Part shown: in pieces, positions 8,699 to 18,316 of the stretch | Position numbering within the stretch: the first letter of the stretch is position 1 | How the letters are laid out: the number at the start of each line of letters is the position of its first letter | Position numbers and translations under genes: made by a program | Notes under the pieces: model-generated | Seen by the model: the letters and a program-made list of their open reading frames with translations, nothing else | The model's database searches: none | Told to the model about the DNA's origin: nothing | Assembly (NCBI GenBank): GCA_965228475.1 | Contig: OZ245817.1 | Coordinates: 4,416,001 to 4,480,000 of the forward strand | Source of the DNA: Myxococcota bacterium | GTDB lineage: Bacteria > Myxococcota_A > UBA9160 > JAFDDA01 | Direction: 5' to 3' | Length of the DNA: 64,000 bases

Positions 8699-10138
8699 TC
8701 ACGGCCGGATCTCCTTCATCACCGGGGTGCTGCCGACCTCGCCGGAGACCCACCCGGGGATGATCGCAGAGAAGAGTCCGGCGCCGCCACCGCAGTGCAC
8801 GATGCGCAGGCCGCCGGGCCGGAACTTCGGGAGCGTCGCGTCCTTCAGGCCTTCGGGAACACCCTCGGCGATGCCGCCCGCGCCGCGTACCAGCTCGGCC
8901 CCCGGGATCAGCAACAGCTCGCCGAGCTTCGCGATCAGGTCGTCCTTGCTCCAGCCGGCCTCGCGAAAGATGCGCGCGTGCTCGGGGCCGACGGCGAGGA
9001 TCGCGTCGAAGGCCATCACGAGCTTCGGGTGCGTGAGCGGGCGCAGCGCGGCGGCGTAGCTGCGCGAAAGCGACTCCGGGTCACGCGAGAGCTGGTCGAC
9101 GAGCGTGTTCGGGCCCTCGCCGCAGAAGGCGGTCACGGCGTCCTGCCCGGGCGCGGCGCCAAACTCGGTCGCCAGCGGCGTCCACGGCGAGTTCTCCTCG
9201 TCCTCGGCGAAGCAGAAGGAGAGCTTGCTCGGGTTGCCGTGGGCCGCGCGGTCGATCTCACCCGGGCGTCCGCCGCCGACGTTACGCACCACGAGCTGGA
9301 CGGCGCGGCCGATCGTCGAGTTCGCGCGGTTGCCCTGGCCGAAGACGTTCTTCCCGGAGTTCATGCCGATGCGCCTGCGGACCGGGCCGTTCACGACGAG
9401 GACGGGCGCGACGGGCATGGTCGTCGCGAGCACGCCGTGGATGTTGAACGCGTCCGTGCAGATCGCCTCGACGGCGGCGAGCACGACGGGCAGGTACTCG
9501 GGCTTGCAGCCGGCGAGCACCGCGTTGATCGCGACCTTCTCGACCGTGCACGGCACGAGGTCCGGCGGAACGGTCGCGACGATCTCGTCGGCCGCGCGCT
9601 CGGTGCCTTCGAGCATCGCGAGCACGCGCCGCTCGGTGGGCGGGACGAGCGGGAGGCCATCGCTCCAGCCGCGCTCGAAGAGGGCCTCCATCTCATCCTC
9701 GAGGGGCGCGAGCTCGACGCGGCGGGCGGAGAGCTTGTGCCCCTCGAAGCGCACGGCCAGATCCGGCGCGAGGTCCGGGTCCACGGACTTCGAGCCGCAG
9801 CCCGGACGCCACTCCGGGAGCTCGGGCCCGAGACCGGAGAGCCCCGTCAGCTGCTCCCAGTCGGCGCGGTGCCAGCCGAGCGCGCGCCCGACCTCGCGGC
9901 CGTCCTCGATGCGCAGGAGCGTCGGCACGGTCTCGATCCGGTGGTGGTAGGAGACGGCGAGGCCGGTGTCGTCGACGGGCGACACGCCCTCGGGGAAGGC
10001 GACGTCGTCCTGGGTGTAGACGGTGAGCTCGGTGCGCGCATCGAGATCCCGCAGGACCGGCGCGACGAGCTCGCACGTCGGGCACTCACGCTTCACGACC
10101 GCGACGAGGCCGGAGGGAAGGTCTCGAACCGTCTCCAT
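8699..10138 (-). CDS. Thioredoxin-like (CxxC) domain fused to a DGLP-VPPT domain; UGSC partner
   Basis: KRECPTC, IETVPTLLR, RPGCGSKS, GWSDGLPLVPPTERRV, EKVAINAVLAGCKPEY, GNRANSTIGRA. Confidence 0.8.
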   Translation of the reverse strand: METVRDLPSGLVAVVKRECPTCELVAPVLRDLDARTELTVYTQDDVAFPEGVSPVDDTGLAVSYHHRIETVPTLLRIEDGREVGRALGWHRADWEQLTGLSGLGPELPEWRPGCGSKSVDPDLAPDLAVRFEGHKLSARRVELAPLEDEMEALFERGWSDGLPLVPPTERRVLAMLEGTERAADEIVATVPPDLVPCTVEKVAINAVLAGCKPEYLPVVLAAVEAICTDAFNIHGVLATTMPVAPVLVVNGPVRRRIGMNSGKNVFGQGNRANSTIGRAVQLVVRNVGGGRPGEIDRAAHGNPSKLSFCFAEDEENSPWTPLATEFGAAPGQDAVTAFCGEGPNTLVDQLSRDPESLSRSYAAALRPLTHPKLVMAFDAILAVGPEHARIFREAGWSKDDLIAKLGELLLIPGAELVRGAGGIAEGVPEGLKDATLPKFRPGGLRIVHCGGGAGLFSAIIPGWVSGEVGSTPVMKEIRP

Positions 10139-10177
10139 GGGAAGCCTCCGACGGGAGAGCATACCTCGACTTCGGAG

Positions 10178-10205
10178 AGCTAGGCAGGAACGTCCCCCTG
10201 GTCAG
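10178..10205. repeat. REP-like repeat, single arm
   Basis: AGCTAGGCAGGAACGTCCCCCTGGTCAG is identical to the right arm of the element at 57200-57268. Confidence 0.8.
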
Positions 10206-10696
10206 GGGGTGGGGGAGGCGGGCGGGGGTGTCTGGCGTTCGCGCTCGGCGCGGGCGCGGCGGGTCTTCTTTCGCTCGACGATGTCGCCGTGCATCGGTGC
10301 GAGGCGGGCGAGCAGGCGGTTCTGGGCCCCGGTCGGCGTCCCCTCGGTCTCCATCGCGTCGATCAGGTCTTCGACGAGCGCGTTGAAGTCTCCCTCGCTG
10401 ACGCCCATGCCGCGGTGGACGTCCGCCATGCTGTCGCCGGTGTACTCGCAGGGTCCGTCGGAGACCTGACAGAGCTGGTCGATCAGGTGGCGGCGGAAGC
10501 GCGAAATCTTCGTCTCGGCGAAGTGGTGGACGATGCGCTCGTCGGCCGCGAGCTCGCGCAGGAAGGAATCCACGATCGCCTCGATCCCCGCGTGGCCACC
10601 GAGGTCGTCGAACAGGGTCCGCGGCTCCGCGCGCGGCAGCGCGCAGGCCGTGGCGAGCAGCCCCGCCAGCGCGATGCATCGCAACGGCGCCCTCAC
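10202..10696 (-). CDS. Group 1 truncated haemoglobin with lipoprotein signal
   Basis: GTG start overlaps the upstream stop; lipobox LATAC; TLFDDLGGHAGIEAIVD...DERIVHHF...GPCEYTGDSMADVHRGMGVSEGDFNALVEDL. Confidence 0.88.
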   Translation of the reverse strand: MRAPLRCIALAGLLATACALPRAEPRTLFDDLGGHAGIEAIVDSFLRELAADERIVHHFAETKISRFRRHLIDQLCQVSDGPCEYTGDSMADVHRGMGVSEGDFNALVEDLIDAMETEGTPTGAQNRLLARLAPMHGDIVERKKTRRARAERERQTPPPASPTP

Positions 10697-11574
10697 AGGC
10701 TCGCCTGCACGGAGAGGTACACGCCGTTCTGGCTCCGGAAACCGGCGATGTCGCCGAGCATCGCGTAGGAGGCGACGAGCCCGACGTGTTTGTTCGGGAA
10801 CCACGCGACGAAGACGTCCATCCAATCCGATTCCTTGGCGAACTTCAGGTTGCTTCCCTTCTGGCGATACTCGAAGCCGAGCGCGAGGCGCCGGTTCATG
10901 AAGAGAGCTGCCGAGCCCTCGAACAGGGCCCGGTAGCCGCCGCGCCGGTCGCCGCCGAAGCCGAGCAGGCCGAGTTCGTTGGCCCGGGTCGCGCGCACGG
11001 TTCCGTTCAAGACGAGGTTGCGGCCGAGCACGGCACCGAGGAAGAGCTTCGTCGCGGAGAGATAGGCGTCGACCCCCCAGTGTCTGCGAGCTCCGACGGC
11101 TTCGGGCAGGGCGAAGTCCATGTTGTGCTTGTACTGGACGCCGGCCGCGAACTGGGGCCAACCGCCGTAGACCACGTCGCCGAAGAGTCGGACCTTCGCG
11201 CTCGCGACGTTCATGCGCAGGCGCGTATCGAGCGGACGCACGAAGAAGCGCTGGTGGGCGAAAGAGAACTCGACGCGATTCCAGAAGCCGACCGAGGCAC
11301 CGTAGGACTCGAGTCTGAAGTCCGGCAGCCGGACGTTCGTCGCACTGATTCCGCCGCCGATCTGATCTTCGGTGCCGGTTCCCGCGATCACCGCCCAGGG
11401 AACGAGCCCGCCCCCGGCCGAGCCCTCGACCTGGGTCACGCCACCGGTCGCGAGCAGCCGCCCGCCGGCGGAAGCGAGGGTCGGCGTGAGCGCGATCGCC
11501 GCGAGCATCGCCGCGGCCAGGGCGCCCTGTCTACGCCGCCGGCTCCGTGAAGCCCCCTGCCTTCTGGTACGCAT
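10693..11574 (-). CDS. DUF3034 family protein (probable outer-membrane beta-barrel)
   Basis: GGRLLATGGVTQVEGSAGGGLVPWAVIAG; C-terminal GVYLSVQASL. Confidence 0.85.
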   Translation of the reverse strand: MRTRRQGASRSRRRRQGALAAAMLAAIALTPTLASAGGRLLATGGVTQVEGSAGGGLVPWAVIAGTGTEDQIGGGISATNVRLPDFRLESYGASVGFWNRVEFSFAHQRFFVRPLDTRLRMNVASAKVRLFGDVVYGGWPQFAAGVQYKHNMDFALPEAVGARRHWGVDAYLSATKLFLGAVLGRNLVLNGTVRATRANELGLLGFGGDRRGGYRALFEGSAALFMNRRLALGFEYRQKGSNLKFAKESDWMDVFVAWFPNKHVGLVASYAMLGDIAGFRSQNGVYLSVQASL

Positions 11575-13867
11575 CCATCCACTCCAAGAAATCCGGCTCG
11601 GCGAGGGGGCGGCTGATCCCGTAGCCCTGGGCGACGTCGCATCCGGCCCGGGCGAGCAGCCGCCAGACCAGCCGATCCTCCACGCCTTCGGCGACCACCC
11701 GGAGCCCGAGGGCGTGGGCGAGCTCCACGGTGGAGCGCACGATCACCTCGTCGGGCGTGCCCTCCCGCATGTGGCGAACGAACGCCTGATCGATTTTGAG
11801 TTCATCGACCGGAAGCCGCTTGAGTTGAGCCAGGGACGCCTGGCCGGTCCCGAAGTCGTCCAGGGAAACCCGGATGCCCGCGCCGCGCAGATCGCCGAGG
11901 ATCCGGGCGCCGCCCTCCGGGTCCGCCATCACCGCGCTCTCGGTGACTTCGACATGCAGACTGCCGGGTGCGAGCCCCGCTTCTCCGACGTGCCGACGGA
12001 TCCGCTGGGCGAGGCGCGGGTCGGCCAGGTCGTGGGCGGACAGGTTCACCCCGACCTTGATCTCGTAGCCCCGCGTGGCCCAGGCCGCGGCGCGTGTCGT
12101 CGCGTGGCGCAGCACCCATTCCGTCAACGCCCCGATGCTGCCCGCCTGCTCCGCGAGGGCGACGAAGAGGTCCGGGCGCATGGGGCCGAGCTGCGGGTGC
12201 TCCCAGCGGATCAGCGCCTCGACGCCCACGAGCTCGCCCGTCGCCATCTCGATCTTGGGCTGGTAGTGCATGTCGAGGGCGTCATCGACGATCGCCTGGC
12301 CGAGATCCGAAAGGATCGCGACCCGGCGACGATTGTCTTCCTCGTGGCCGGGCTCGAACTCGGCCAGCGGAAGGCGCTCCGCCTTCGCCGTCACCATCGC
12401 GAACTCCGCGCGTCGCAGGAGATCTTCGGCGGAGCCGCCATCCTCGGGTGCGCGCAAGACGCCGGCCGTCGCCCGGATGCCGACGCGCGCGCCGCCGTAG
12501 GTGAGGGGTTCCTCTAGATCCGCGAGAAAACCTCGAACCCGCTCGACGCCATCGGCGGAGCCGTCCTCCGGGAAGACGACCAGGAACTCGTCGCCGCCGA
12601 CCCGGGACACGAACCCGGAACCGGCGAGCCTCGTCTGAAGACGCTCGGCGACGGTCCGCAGGGCAGCGTCGCCCGCGGGCTGGCCGAGCGCCGCGTTCAC
12701 GTCCTTCAGCCGATCGATGTCGAGCAGCGCGATGCGTAGCGAGGCCCCGCTCTGCGCGCTCTCCTCGATCAGCCAGTCGAGCGCCGTCGGCGCGACGGTC
12801 CGGTTGGGGAGGCCGGTCAGGCCGTCGTGGGACGCCTGACGACGGATTTCCTGCTCGCGTTCGCGGATCGCCCCCTGCATCGTGCGGAAGGTCTCGGCGA
12901 GGACGCCGATCTCGTCGGCGCTCGAGACGGCGACCTCCGTCCCGTAGTCGCCGCTCGAGATCCGCTTGGCCGCGTCGGCGAGGGCACGGATGGGCCTCGC
13001 GAAGCTGCGCGCGCTCAGCATGGAACCGGCGAGCGCACCCGCCAGGCTGAGTGCGAACAGCACGAGGAGCTCGGCCCGCAGGGCTTCGTACGGCGCCATG
13101 GCTTCGGAATGGGACGTCTGGAGCACGGCGCCGGCGCCGCCGTTTCCGAACCTCACGGAGAGCGTGATCCAATCCGAACCCTCCGGCCGCGCCGGGACCG
13201 ACTCTGCGGGCAGGCCCTCGTGAGACGCCACCCACCGGCCGAGGCTTTCGCGCTCGGCCGCGGGCAAGGTCGAGGCCGGGAGCGCGTCACGAGCGCCCAC
13301 GAAGGAGACTTCGAGGCCGGAGAGCTCGCGCAGGGCCAGCGCGAGTTCGTCGTCGAGGGCAAAGCCCATGGCGACCCAGCCCACGCGGAGCGGCGCGTGG
13401 ACCGGAACCAGCACGACCTGGTGCGGAGCGCCGGCCAGCTCGAGGACCGTCGTCGTGGCTTCTCCCTCCGACCGGCCGACGAGGTGCGTGAAGACACCGT
13501 CGGCGGAGACCGGCGGGAAGGCCGCGGTCTGCCTGCCCTCGAGATCGAGCAACAGCGTGACGTCCGAACCGATCCGGCCGCCGTGGTTCTCGAGTACGGA
13601 CGCGATCGTCGGGACGTCCCGGGTCGCGACGGCGCGCTTGAAGCCGAAGTCGGAGGCGAGGATCTCGACACTCGAGAGAAGCTGACGCTCGCGGTCGGCC
13701 AGCAGGCGGTCGAAGTCGCGGCCACCGCGCTCGAGGGCCTCGTAGGCATGGTTCTCGGCGCTGCGCTCCGTCGCGGCAAGCACCAGCACGATGGTCACGC
13801 CCTGGCTCGCGAGGATCAGGCCGAGCATCCAACGCAGCAGGCGGGTTCGAACGCTCGCCGCGCTCAT
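11531..13867 (-). CDS. Membrane sensor with HAMP, GGDEF and EAL domains
   Basis: C-terminal part of ORF 11531..16378 starting at MSAASVRTRL; two TM segments, HAMP, HDGLTGLPNR, RVGGDEF, VEALIRW, SLDDFGTG. Confidence 0.92.
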   Translation of the reverse strand: MSAASVRTRLLRWMLGLILASQGVTIVLVLAATERSAENHAYEALERGGRDFDRLLADRERQLLSSVEILASDFGFKRAVATRDVPTIASVLENHGGRIGSDVTLLLDLEGRQTAAFPPVSADGVFTHLVGRSEGEATTTVLELAGAPHQVVLVPVHAPLRVGWVAMGFALDDELALALRELSGLEVSFVGARDALPASTLPAAERESLGRWVASHEGLPAESVPARPEGSDWITLSVRFGNGGAGAVLQTSHSEAMAPYEALRAELLVLFALSLAGALAGSMLSARSFARPIRALADAAKRISSGDYGTEVAVSSADEIGVLAETFRTMQGAIREREQEIRRQASHDGLTGLPNRTVAPTALDWLIEESAQSGASLRIALLDIDRLKDVNAALGQPAGDAALRTVAERLQTRLAGSGFVSRVGGDEFLVVFPEDGSADGVERVRGFLADLEEPLTYGGARVGIRATAGVLRAPEDGGSAEDLLRRAEFAMVTAKAERLPLAEFEPGHEEDNRRRVAILSDLGQAIVDDALDMHYQPKIEMATGELVGVEALIRWEHPQLGPMRPDLFVALAEQAGSIGALTEWVLRHATTRAAAWATRGYEIKVGVNLSAHDLADPRLAQRIRRHVGEAGLAPGSLHVEVTESAVMADPEGGARILGDLRGAGIRVSLDDFGTGQASLAQLKRLPVDELKIDQAFVRHMREGTPDEVIVRSTVELAHALGLRVVAEGVEDRLVWRLLARAGCDVAQGYGISRPLAEPDFLEWMDAYQKAGGFTEPAA

Positions 13868-14583
13868 CGCGCTCCCTTGCGGAAGAGGTGTTGGAGCGGA
13901 TCCTCTTCTTCGTGCGCCTCGTCCTCGTTCACCTCGTGTTTCGCTCGGGGATCCGGGGCGAGTTTCCCGGGGATTCTCAAGACGACTTCGTTGCCGGCCT
14001 CGAGGTCGAACGTGCCCAACGGGACGCCTTGCTCGGGAAGTCGCGGATGCAGGACCTGGACCCGGTGAGACCCGGGGCGCTTCAACCCGGTCGAAGCGCG
14101 ACCCCCTTCGTCGGTCACCGCATGGGCCGCGCCGTCGAGCACATAGACGTACCCGATCATGTGGTCGTGGATGTTGCAGCCGAGCACGACCGTACCGGCC
14201 GTCTCGAAGGTCACGGGGGGTGCCTCCACACCGGCGTAGAGCTTCAACTCGAAGGTCTTGGCGGTAGAGAAGGAGTAGACGTGGTGGCGGGTCTGGTCGC
14301 TGTTGGGGAAGGAGACCTGCGTTCCGCGCGGGACGGCCAGGACGTAGGGCGAGAACTGCTTCTCGCGCTGGTCCACGACGGCCCGCAACGCAGGCGCGAT
14401 GGCCGGCTCCGCTCCGAGAACCGCCACGACGGCGTTCGGGAGCGGAGCTCCCGAGACGTCCAGGACCTGCCAGCGCACCTCCGCAGCGGAGGCGAGGCTC
14501 GAGCCACAGCAGGCGAGCAGGAGAACCACGGCCCGGGCCAGCGGCAACGAGCGGCGGAAATCGCGACGCAGAAGCGCACCCAT
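13864..14583 (-). CDS. Secreted cupredoxin-like ('methylamine utilization') protein
   Basis: VDQREKQFSP, FPNSDQTRHHVYSFS, LGCNIHDHM (Cys/His/Met copper-ligand pattern). Confidence 0.85.
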   Translation of the reverse strand: MGALLRRDFRRSLPLARAVVLLLACCGSSLASAAEVRWQVLDVSGAPLPNAVVAVLGAEPAIAPALRAVVDQREKQFSPYVLAVPRGTQVSFPNSDQTRHHVYSFSTAKTFELKLYAGVEAPPVTFETAGTVVLGCNIHDHMIGYVYVLDGAAHAVTDEGGRASTGLKRPGSHRVQVLHPRLPEQGVPLGTFDLEAGNEVVLRIPGKLAPDPRAKHEVNEDEAHEEEDPLQHLFRKGAR

Positions 14584-14685
14584 CCGGGTGTCTTCGACGC
14601 TCTTCCGGACGGTCTTGAGATCGCCGCCGAAGTCCCGCCGGGAATGGCCGGAGCGTCCGGGGAAACCCCGAGACGCGGTCGCCGC

Positions 14686-15714
14686 CTAGAGCTTGCCGCG
14701 CTCGAGCAGGGCCTCGGCGATCTGCACCGCGTTGGTCGCGGCGCCCTTGCGCAGGTTGTCCGACGTCTGCCACAGCCAGAGCTTGTCGCTCGCCGTGTCG
14801 CGGCGGATGCGGCCCACGAGCACTTCGTCCGTCCCCTCGACGTCCGCCGCCGTGGGGAAGGCCATCGTGGCCGGGTCGTCCACCACGCGGCAGCCGGGGA
14901 ACGCGGCGATGGCCTCGCGCGCGGCCTCGGGCGTGATCGGCTTCTCCGTCTCCACGAGCACGGTGGCCGAGTGTCCGACCGGGACCGGAACCCGCACGCA
15001 GGTCATCGAGACGTCCACGTTCGGGAGACCCATGATCTTGCGGGTCTCGTCGAGGAGCTTGCGCTCCTCGTCGGTGTATCCGTCGTCGCGGAACGAACCG
15101 CACACGGGCACCGGGTTGTAGGCGATCTGGTGCGCGAAGACCTCGGGCGGCGGCACGGGCTCGCCCGCCTGCACGGCCTTCACCTGGGCGTCGAGCTCGT
15201 CGATGCCCGGCGTCCCCGAGCCCGAGACGGCCTGGAGCGTCGTCACGACGAGGCTCTTGAGCCCCGCCGCGCGGCGGATCGGCTCGACGGACATCACCAG
15301 CCCGGTGGTGGTGCAGTTCGGGTTCGCGACGATGCCGCGGTGCTTCTCGAGGGCGTCGGCGTTGATCTCCGGCACGACGAGCGGCACCTCGTCGTCCATG
15401 CGCCAGGTGCTCGACTTGTCGATCACGACCGCCCCGCGCTTCACGGCCTCCGGCGCGAGCTCCTTCGAGAGCCCGCCGGTCGCCGCGAAGAACACCAGGT
15501 CGACGCCCTCGAAGGCCTCGGGACAGGCGACCTCGACCTTCGCCTCCTGCCCCGCGAACGTCACCGTCGTGCCCGCGCTTCGCGTGCTCGCCAGCGGCTT
15601 GAGCTGGGAGACCGGGAAGTGGCGCTCTTCCAGCACCCCGAGGAGAACTTCCCCCACGGCACCGGTGGCGCCGACGACGGCGACGACGGGTTGTTTCTGC
15701 GAGACCTTGGACAC
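14686..15714 (-). CDS. asd: Aspartate-semialdehyde dehydrogenase
   Basis: VAVVGATGAVG, IVANPNCTT, QAVSGSG, TCVRVPVPVGHS, DNLRKGAATNAVQIAE; GTG 15714 follows AAGGAG. Confidence 0.96.
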   Translation of the reverse strand: MSKVSQKQPVVAVVGATGAVGEVLLGVLEERHFPVSQLKPLASTRSAGTTVTFAGQEAKVEVACPEAFEGVDLVFFAATGGLSKELAPEAVKRGAVVIDKSSTWRMDDEVPLVVPEINADALEKHRGIVANPNCTTTGLVMSVEPIRRAAGLKSLVVTTLQAVSGSGTPGIDELDAQVKAVQAGEPVPPPEVFAHQIAYNPVPVCGSFRDDGYTDEERKLLDETRKIMGLPNVDVSMTCVRVPVPVGHSATVLVETEKPITPEAAREAIAAFPGCRVVDDPATMAFPTAADVEGTDEVLVGRIRRDTASDKLWLWQTSDNLRKGAATNAVQIAEALLERGKL

Positions 15715-15802
15715 GACCTTCTCCTTGCGCGGGGCGCAAACCCTCCGTTTGCGCCGTATCCGGCTGGACGGCGATGATGGCGCATGTTTCAATCCACCGC
15801 CC

Positions 15803-16435
15803 ATGAGCGAGGAAGCCGGCGAGAGCGAGGAGACCGTCGCAGGGACGGAGGGCGAAGGCTCCCCCCCGACGCGCCTGGCCACGAGCCAGGTCAAGCGGCT
15901 CCGGCGCATCGTCGACGCGGCGTCGAAGCTCGCCGAGGAAGGCGGGTTCGAGGCCGTCCGGCTGCGCGACGTGGCCGAGGCTTCCGGGGTCGCCCTCGGC
16001 ACGCTCTACCGGTATTTCCGCAGCAAGGAAGACATCTTGGTGTTCGTCCTTGCCGAACAGGTCGACGGGCTCGAAGCCGCGCTCACCCGCCGGCCCCCCA
16101 CCGGCGCGACCCCCGCCGAGCGCGTGGGCGTCGTCTTCGGCCTGACCACCCGCGCCCTGACCGGCCGCCCGCACCTCGCCCGCGCGCTCCTGCGGGCGGT
16201 CTCCGCCGGCGAGCCCGAAACCAAGGAGAAGGTGGCTTCCTTCCATCTCCGGGTGAGCCGGATCGTGCTCGACGCCCTGCGCGGCGAGGGCGAAGCGACA
16301 CCGCGGCTCCACGGCGTGGCGACCATCCTCCAGCAGGTCTGGTTCGCTTCGCTCGTAGGCTGGACGGGCGGCCTGCACGACGCGAAGACCGTCATCCGCC
16401 AGACGGACGACGCCGCCGCCCTGCTTCTGGAGTAG
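15803..16435 (+). CDS. kstR: KstR-like TetR family regulator
   Basis: RIVDAASKLAEEGGFEAVRLRDVAEASGVALGTLYRYFRSK and C-terminal VWFASLVGW resemble mycobacterial KstR; steroid gene context. Confidence 0.75.
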   Translation: MSEEAGESEETVAGTEGEGSPPTRLATSQVKRLRRIVDAASKLAEEGGFEAVRLRDVAEASGVALGTLYRYFRSKEDILVFVLAEQVDGLEAALTRRPPTGATPAERVGVVFGLTTRALTGRPHLARALLRAVSAGEPETKEKVASFHLRVSRIVLDALRGEGEATPRLHGVATILQQVWFASLVGWTGGLHDAKTVIRQTDDAAALLLE

Positions 16436-16438
16436 CGG

Positions 16439-17158
16439 TCAGCCCTCTTCGCCGTAGTTCCGGACGCGGCACTCCTGGCCTTCGTCGCAGAGCTCGGCCA
16501 TCTCCCGCTCGAGCAGGCGGGTCCACTTCTCGATCAGGAACGTGTTGTAGGTGCCCGACGTCTCGGAGTCGAAGGCCTCGTGGCGCTCGTCGGTGTGGCG
16601 AAGCGTGATCTCGTAGACGCGCCGCAGGAACCCGTCGGTGCGCTTCTCGACGGGGATCGCGGCGATCTTCTGGTTGAGCCGGCGCGTGGCCACCTCGGCG
16701 ATCGCGAAGTGGATCTGCTCGTGCTGGAGGATGTACCAGTCCGGCGGGCGCCCGCCGAAGCTCATCGCGCCGACCGCAGCGAGCCCGAGGCGAGCCGCGC
16801 GCCCGACGGGGCTGATGATCTTGTTCCAGAACGAACAGTCGGGGCGCATCAGCGCGACGAACTCGCCGCTCGCCTCGTAGTCCTCGGCGGGGCGGATGAG
16901 CAGACAGACCTCGGCGTCGTGGGCGAAGTTCCCCCACGCCTTGTACGACGTCGCCGACTCGAAGTGATCCTTGGTGATGAGCTGGTAGCGGAGGACCGCG
17001 TCGCCGACCCAGGAGTCCGGGTCGCCGAAGACGCCGAGCTCCGCGTGCGCGCCCCCGGCTTCGGCCGTCTCGCTGACCGACGCCGCCCGGCCGGCGGGCT
17101 GCCGGCTGCAGCCCGTCACCAGGACGAGGAGCGAGAGCGCGAGGACCGTCCGACGCAT
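16439..17158 (-). CDS. Lipoprotein, DUF922-like (HExxH)
   Basis: Lipobox LVTGC; ILQHEQIHFAIAE...RRL; FDSET. Confidence 0.65.
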   Translation of the reverse strand: MRRTVLALSLLVLVTGCSRQPAGRAASVSETAEAGGAHAELGVFGDPDSWVGDAVLRYQLITKDHFESATSYKAWGNFAHDAEVCLLIRPAEDYEASGEFVALMRPDCSFWNKIISPVGRAARLGLAAVGAMSFGGRPPDWYILQHEQIHFAIAEVATRRLNQKIAAIPVEKRTDGFLRRVYEITLRHTDERHEAFDSETSGTYNTFLIEKWTRLLEREMAELCDEGQECRVRNYGEEG

Positions 17159-17172
17159 GCGCCCATTCTACA

Positions 17173-17204
17173 GACTGACCAGGGGGACGTTCCCCTGGTC
17201 AGTC
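17173..17204. repeat. REP-like palindrome, short variant
   Basis: GACTGACCAGGGG-GACGTT-CCCCTGGTCAGTC has the same ends as the element at 57200-57268. Confidence 0.8.
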
Positions 17205-18314
17205 GGCGGCGAGGGTACGACCCAATTCGGCGAGTTGGCGGTGCGCCGAGCCGAGGGTCAGCTCGATCTGGCGGGCCCACAGGTAGTAGCGGTGCACCGG
17301 GTAGTCGACGTCGACGCCCATGCCGCCGTGCAGATGGACCGCGGCGTAGGTCGCGTTGTGCCCCCCCTCGGCGGCCCAGTACTTGGCCACCGCGACGGCC
17401 TCCTCCGCGGGCTCGCCGGCCGCGAGCCGGCTCGAGGCCTGCCAGCTCGTGAGACGCATCGCCTCGATGCCGACGTAGGCATCCGCCGCGCGCTGGTGGA
17501 CGGCCTGGAAGCTTCCGATCGGGCGATCGAACTGTTCGCGCTGGGTCGTGTACTCGGCGGTGATGCGGATGGCGCGCTCCGCCACGCCGAGCGCCACGGC
17601 GCAGAGCGCGGCCTTCGCGCGCAGGGCCAGCCACGCGACGGCCGCCGCGCCCTCCTCCGGGCCCGCGAGCACGTCGTCGGCGTCGATGCGCGCACCGGAG
17701 AGCACGACGTGGGACTGCGGCTCGGAGTTCGTCGCCTCGACCGCCTGGAGCTCGACGCCATCCGCCGCCGGGTCGAGCAGGAAGAGCCCGATGCCCGTGT
17801 CGGTCCGGGCCGGGACGAGGATGCGCTCGGCCAGCGCGGCGAAGGGCACCGAGAGCTTCATGCCGTCGAGGCGCCAGCCGTCGCCGTCGCGCGAGGCCAC
17901 GGTGGCGGGCGTCGCCGGGTCTTCGTTCTCGGGCTCCGCGAGGGCCGCGGTCAGCACCGCATCGCCCGACGCGACGCGGGGCAGGAAGTGCGCCTTCTGC
18001 GCGTCGCTTCCGAACTCCTCGATCGGCAGCGCCCCGAGCACGAGCGTCGGAACGAGCGGCACCGGGGCGACCGCGCGGCCGCCCTCCTCGAGCAGCAGGG
18101 AGAGCTCCAGGAACCCCATGCCCATGCCCCCGTGCGCCTCGCCGATGGCGATGCCGAGCAGGTTCGACTTCGCGAGCTCGGCCCACAGCGTGCGGTCGAA
18201 GCACTCGCCGGCCTTTTCCAACTCGCGCAGGCGATCGTGCCCGCACAGGTCCGCGAAGATCTTCGCCGAGAGCTCGCGCAGGCTGTCCTGTTCGTCGGAG
18301 AACGAGAAGTCCAT
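17199..18314 (-). CDS. fadE27: Acyl-CoA dehydrogenase, FadE27/ChsE5-like subunit
   Basis: MDFSFSDEQ..., REQFDRPIGSFQAV, HLHGGMGVDVDYPVHRY; directly after the FadE26-like gene. Confidence 0.8.
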   Translation of the reverse strand: MDFSFSDEQDSLRELSAKIFADLCGHDRLRELEKAGECFDRTLWAELAKSNLLGIAIGEAHGGMGMGFLELSLLLEEGGRAVAPVPLVPTLVLGALPIEEFGSDAQKAHFLPRVASGDAVLTAALAEPENEDPATPATVASRDGDGWRLDGMKLSVPFAALAERILVPARTDTGIGLFLLDPAADGVELQAVEATNSEPQSHVVLSGARIDADDVLAGPEEGAAAVAWLALRAKAALCAVALGVAERAIRITAEYTTQREQFDRPIGSFQAVHQRAADAYVGIEAMRLTSWQASSRLAAGEPAEEAVAVAKYWAAEGGHNATYAAVHLHGGMGVDVDYPVHRYYLWARQIELTLGSAHRQLAELGRTLAAD

Positions 18315-18316
18315 GG

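Noticed and set aside
13868..16378. N-terminal 837 aa of the 1615-aa ORF 11531..16378
   Set aside because: Arg/Gly/Pro-rich off-frame translation over the cupredoxin and asd genes and antisense to the TetR; only the part from ATG 13867 has domain motifs.
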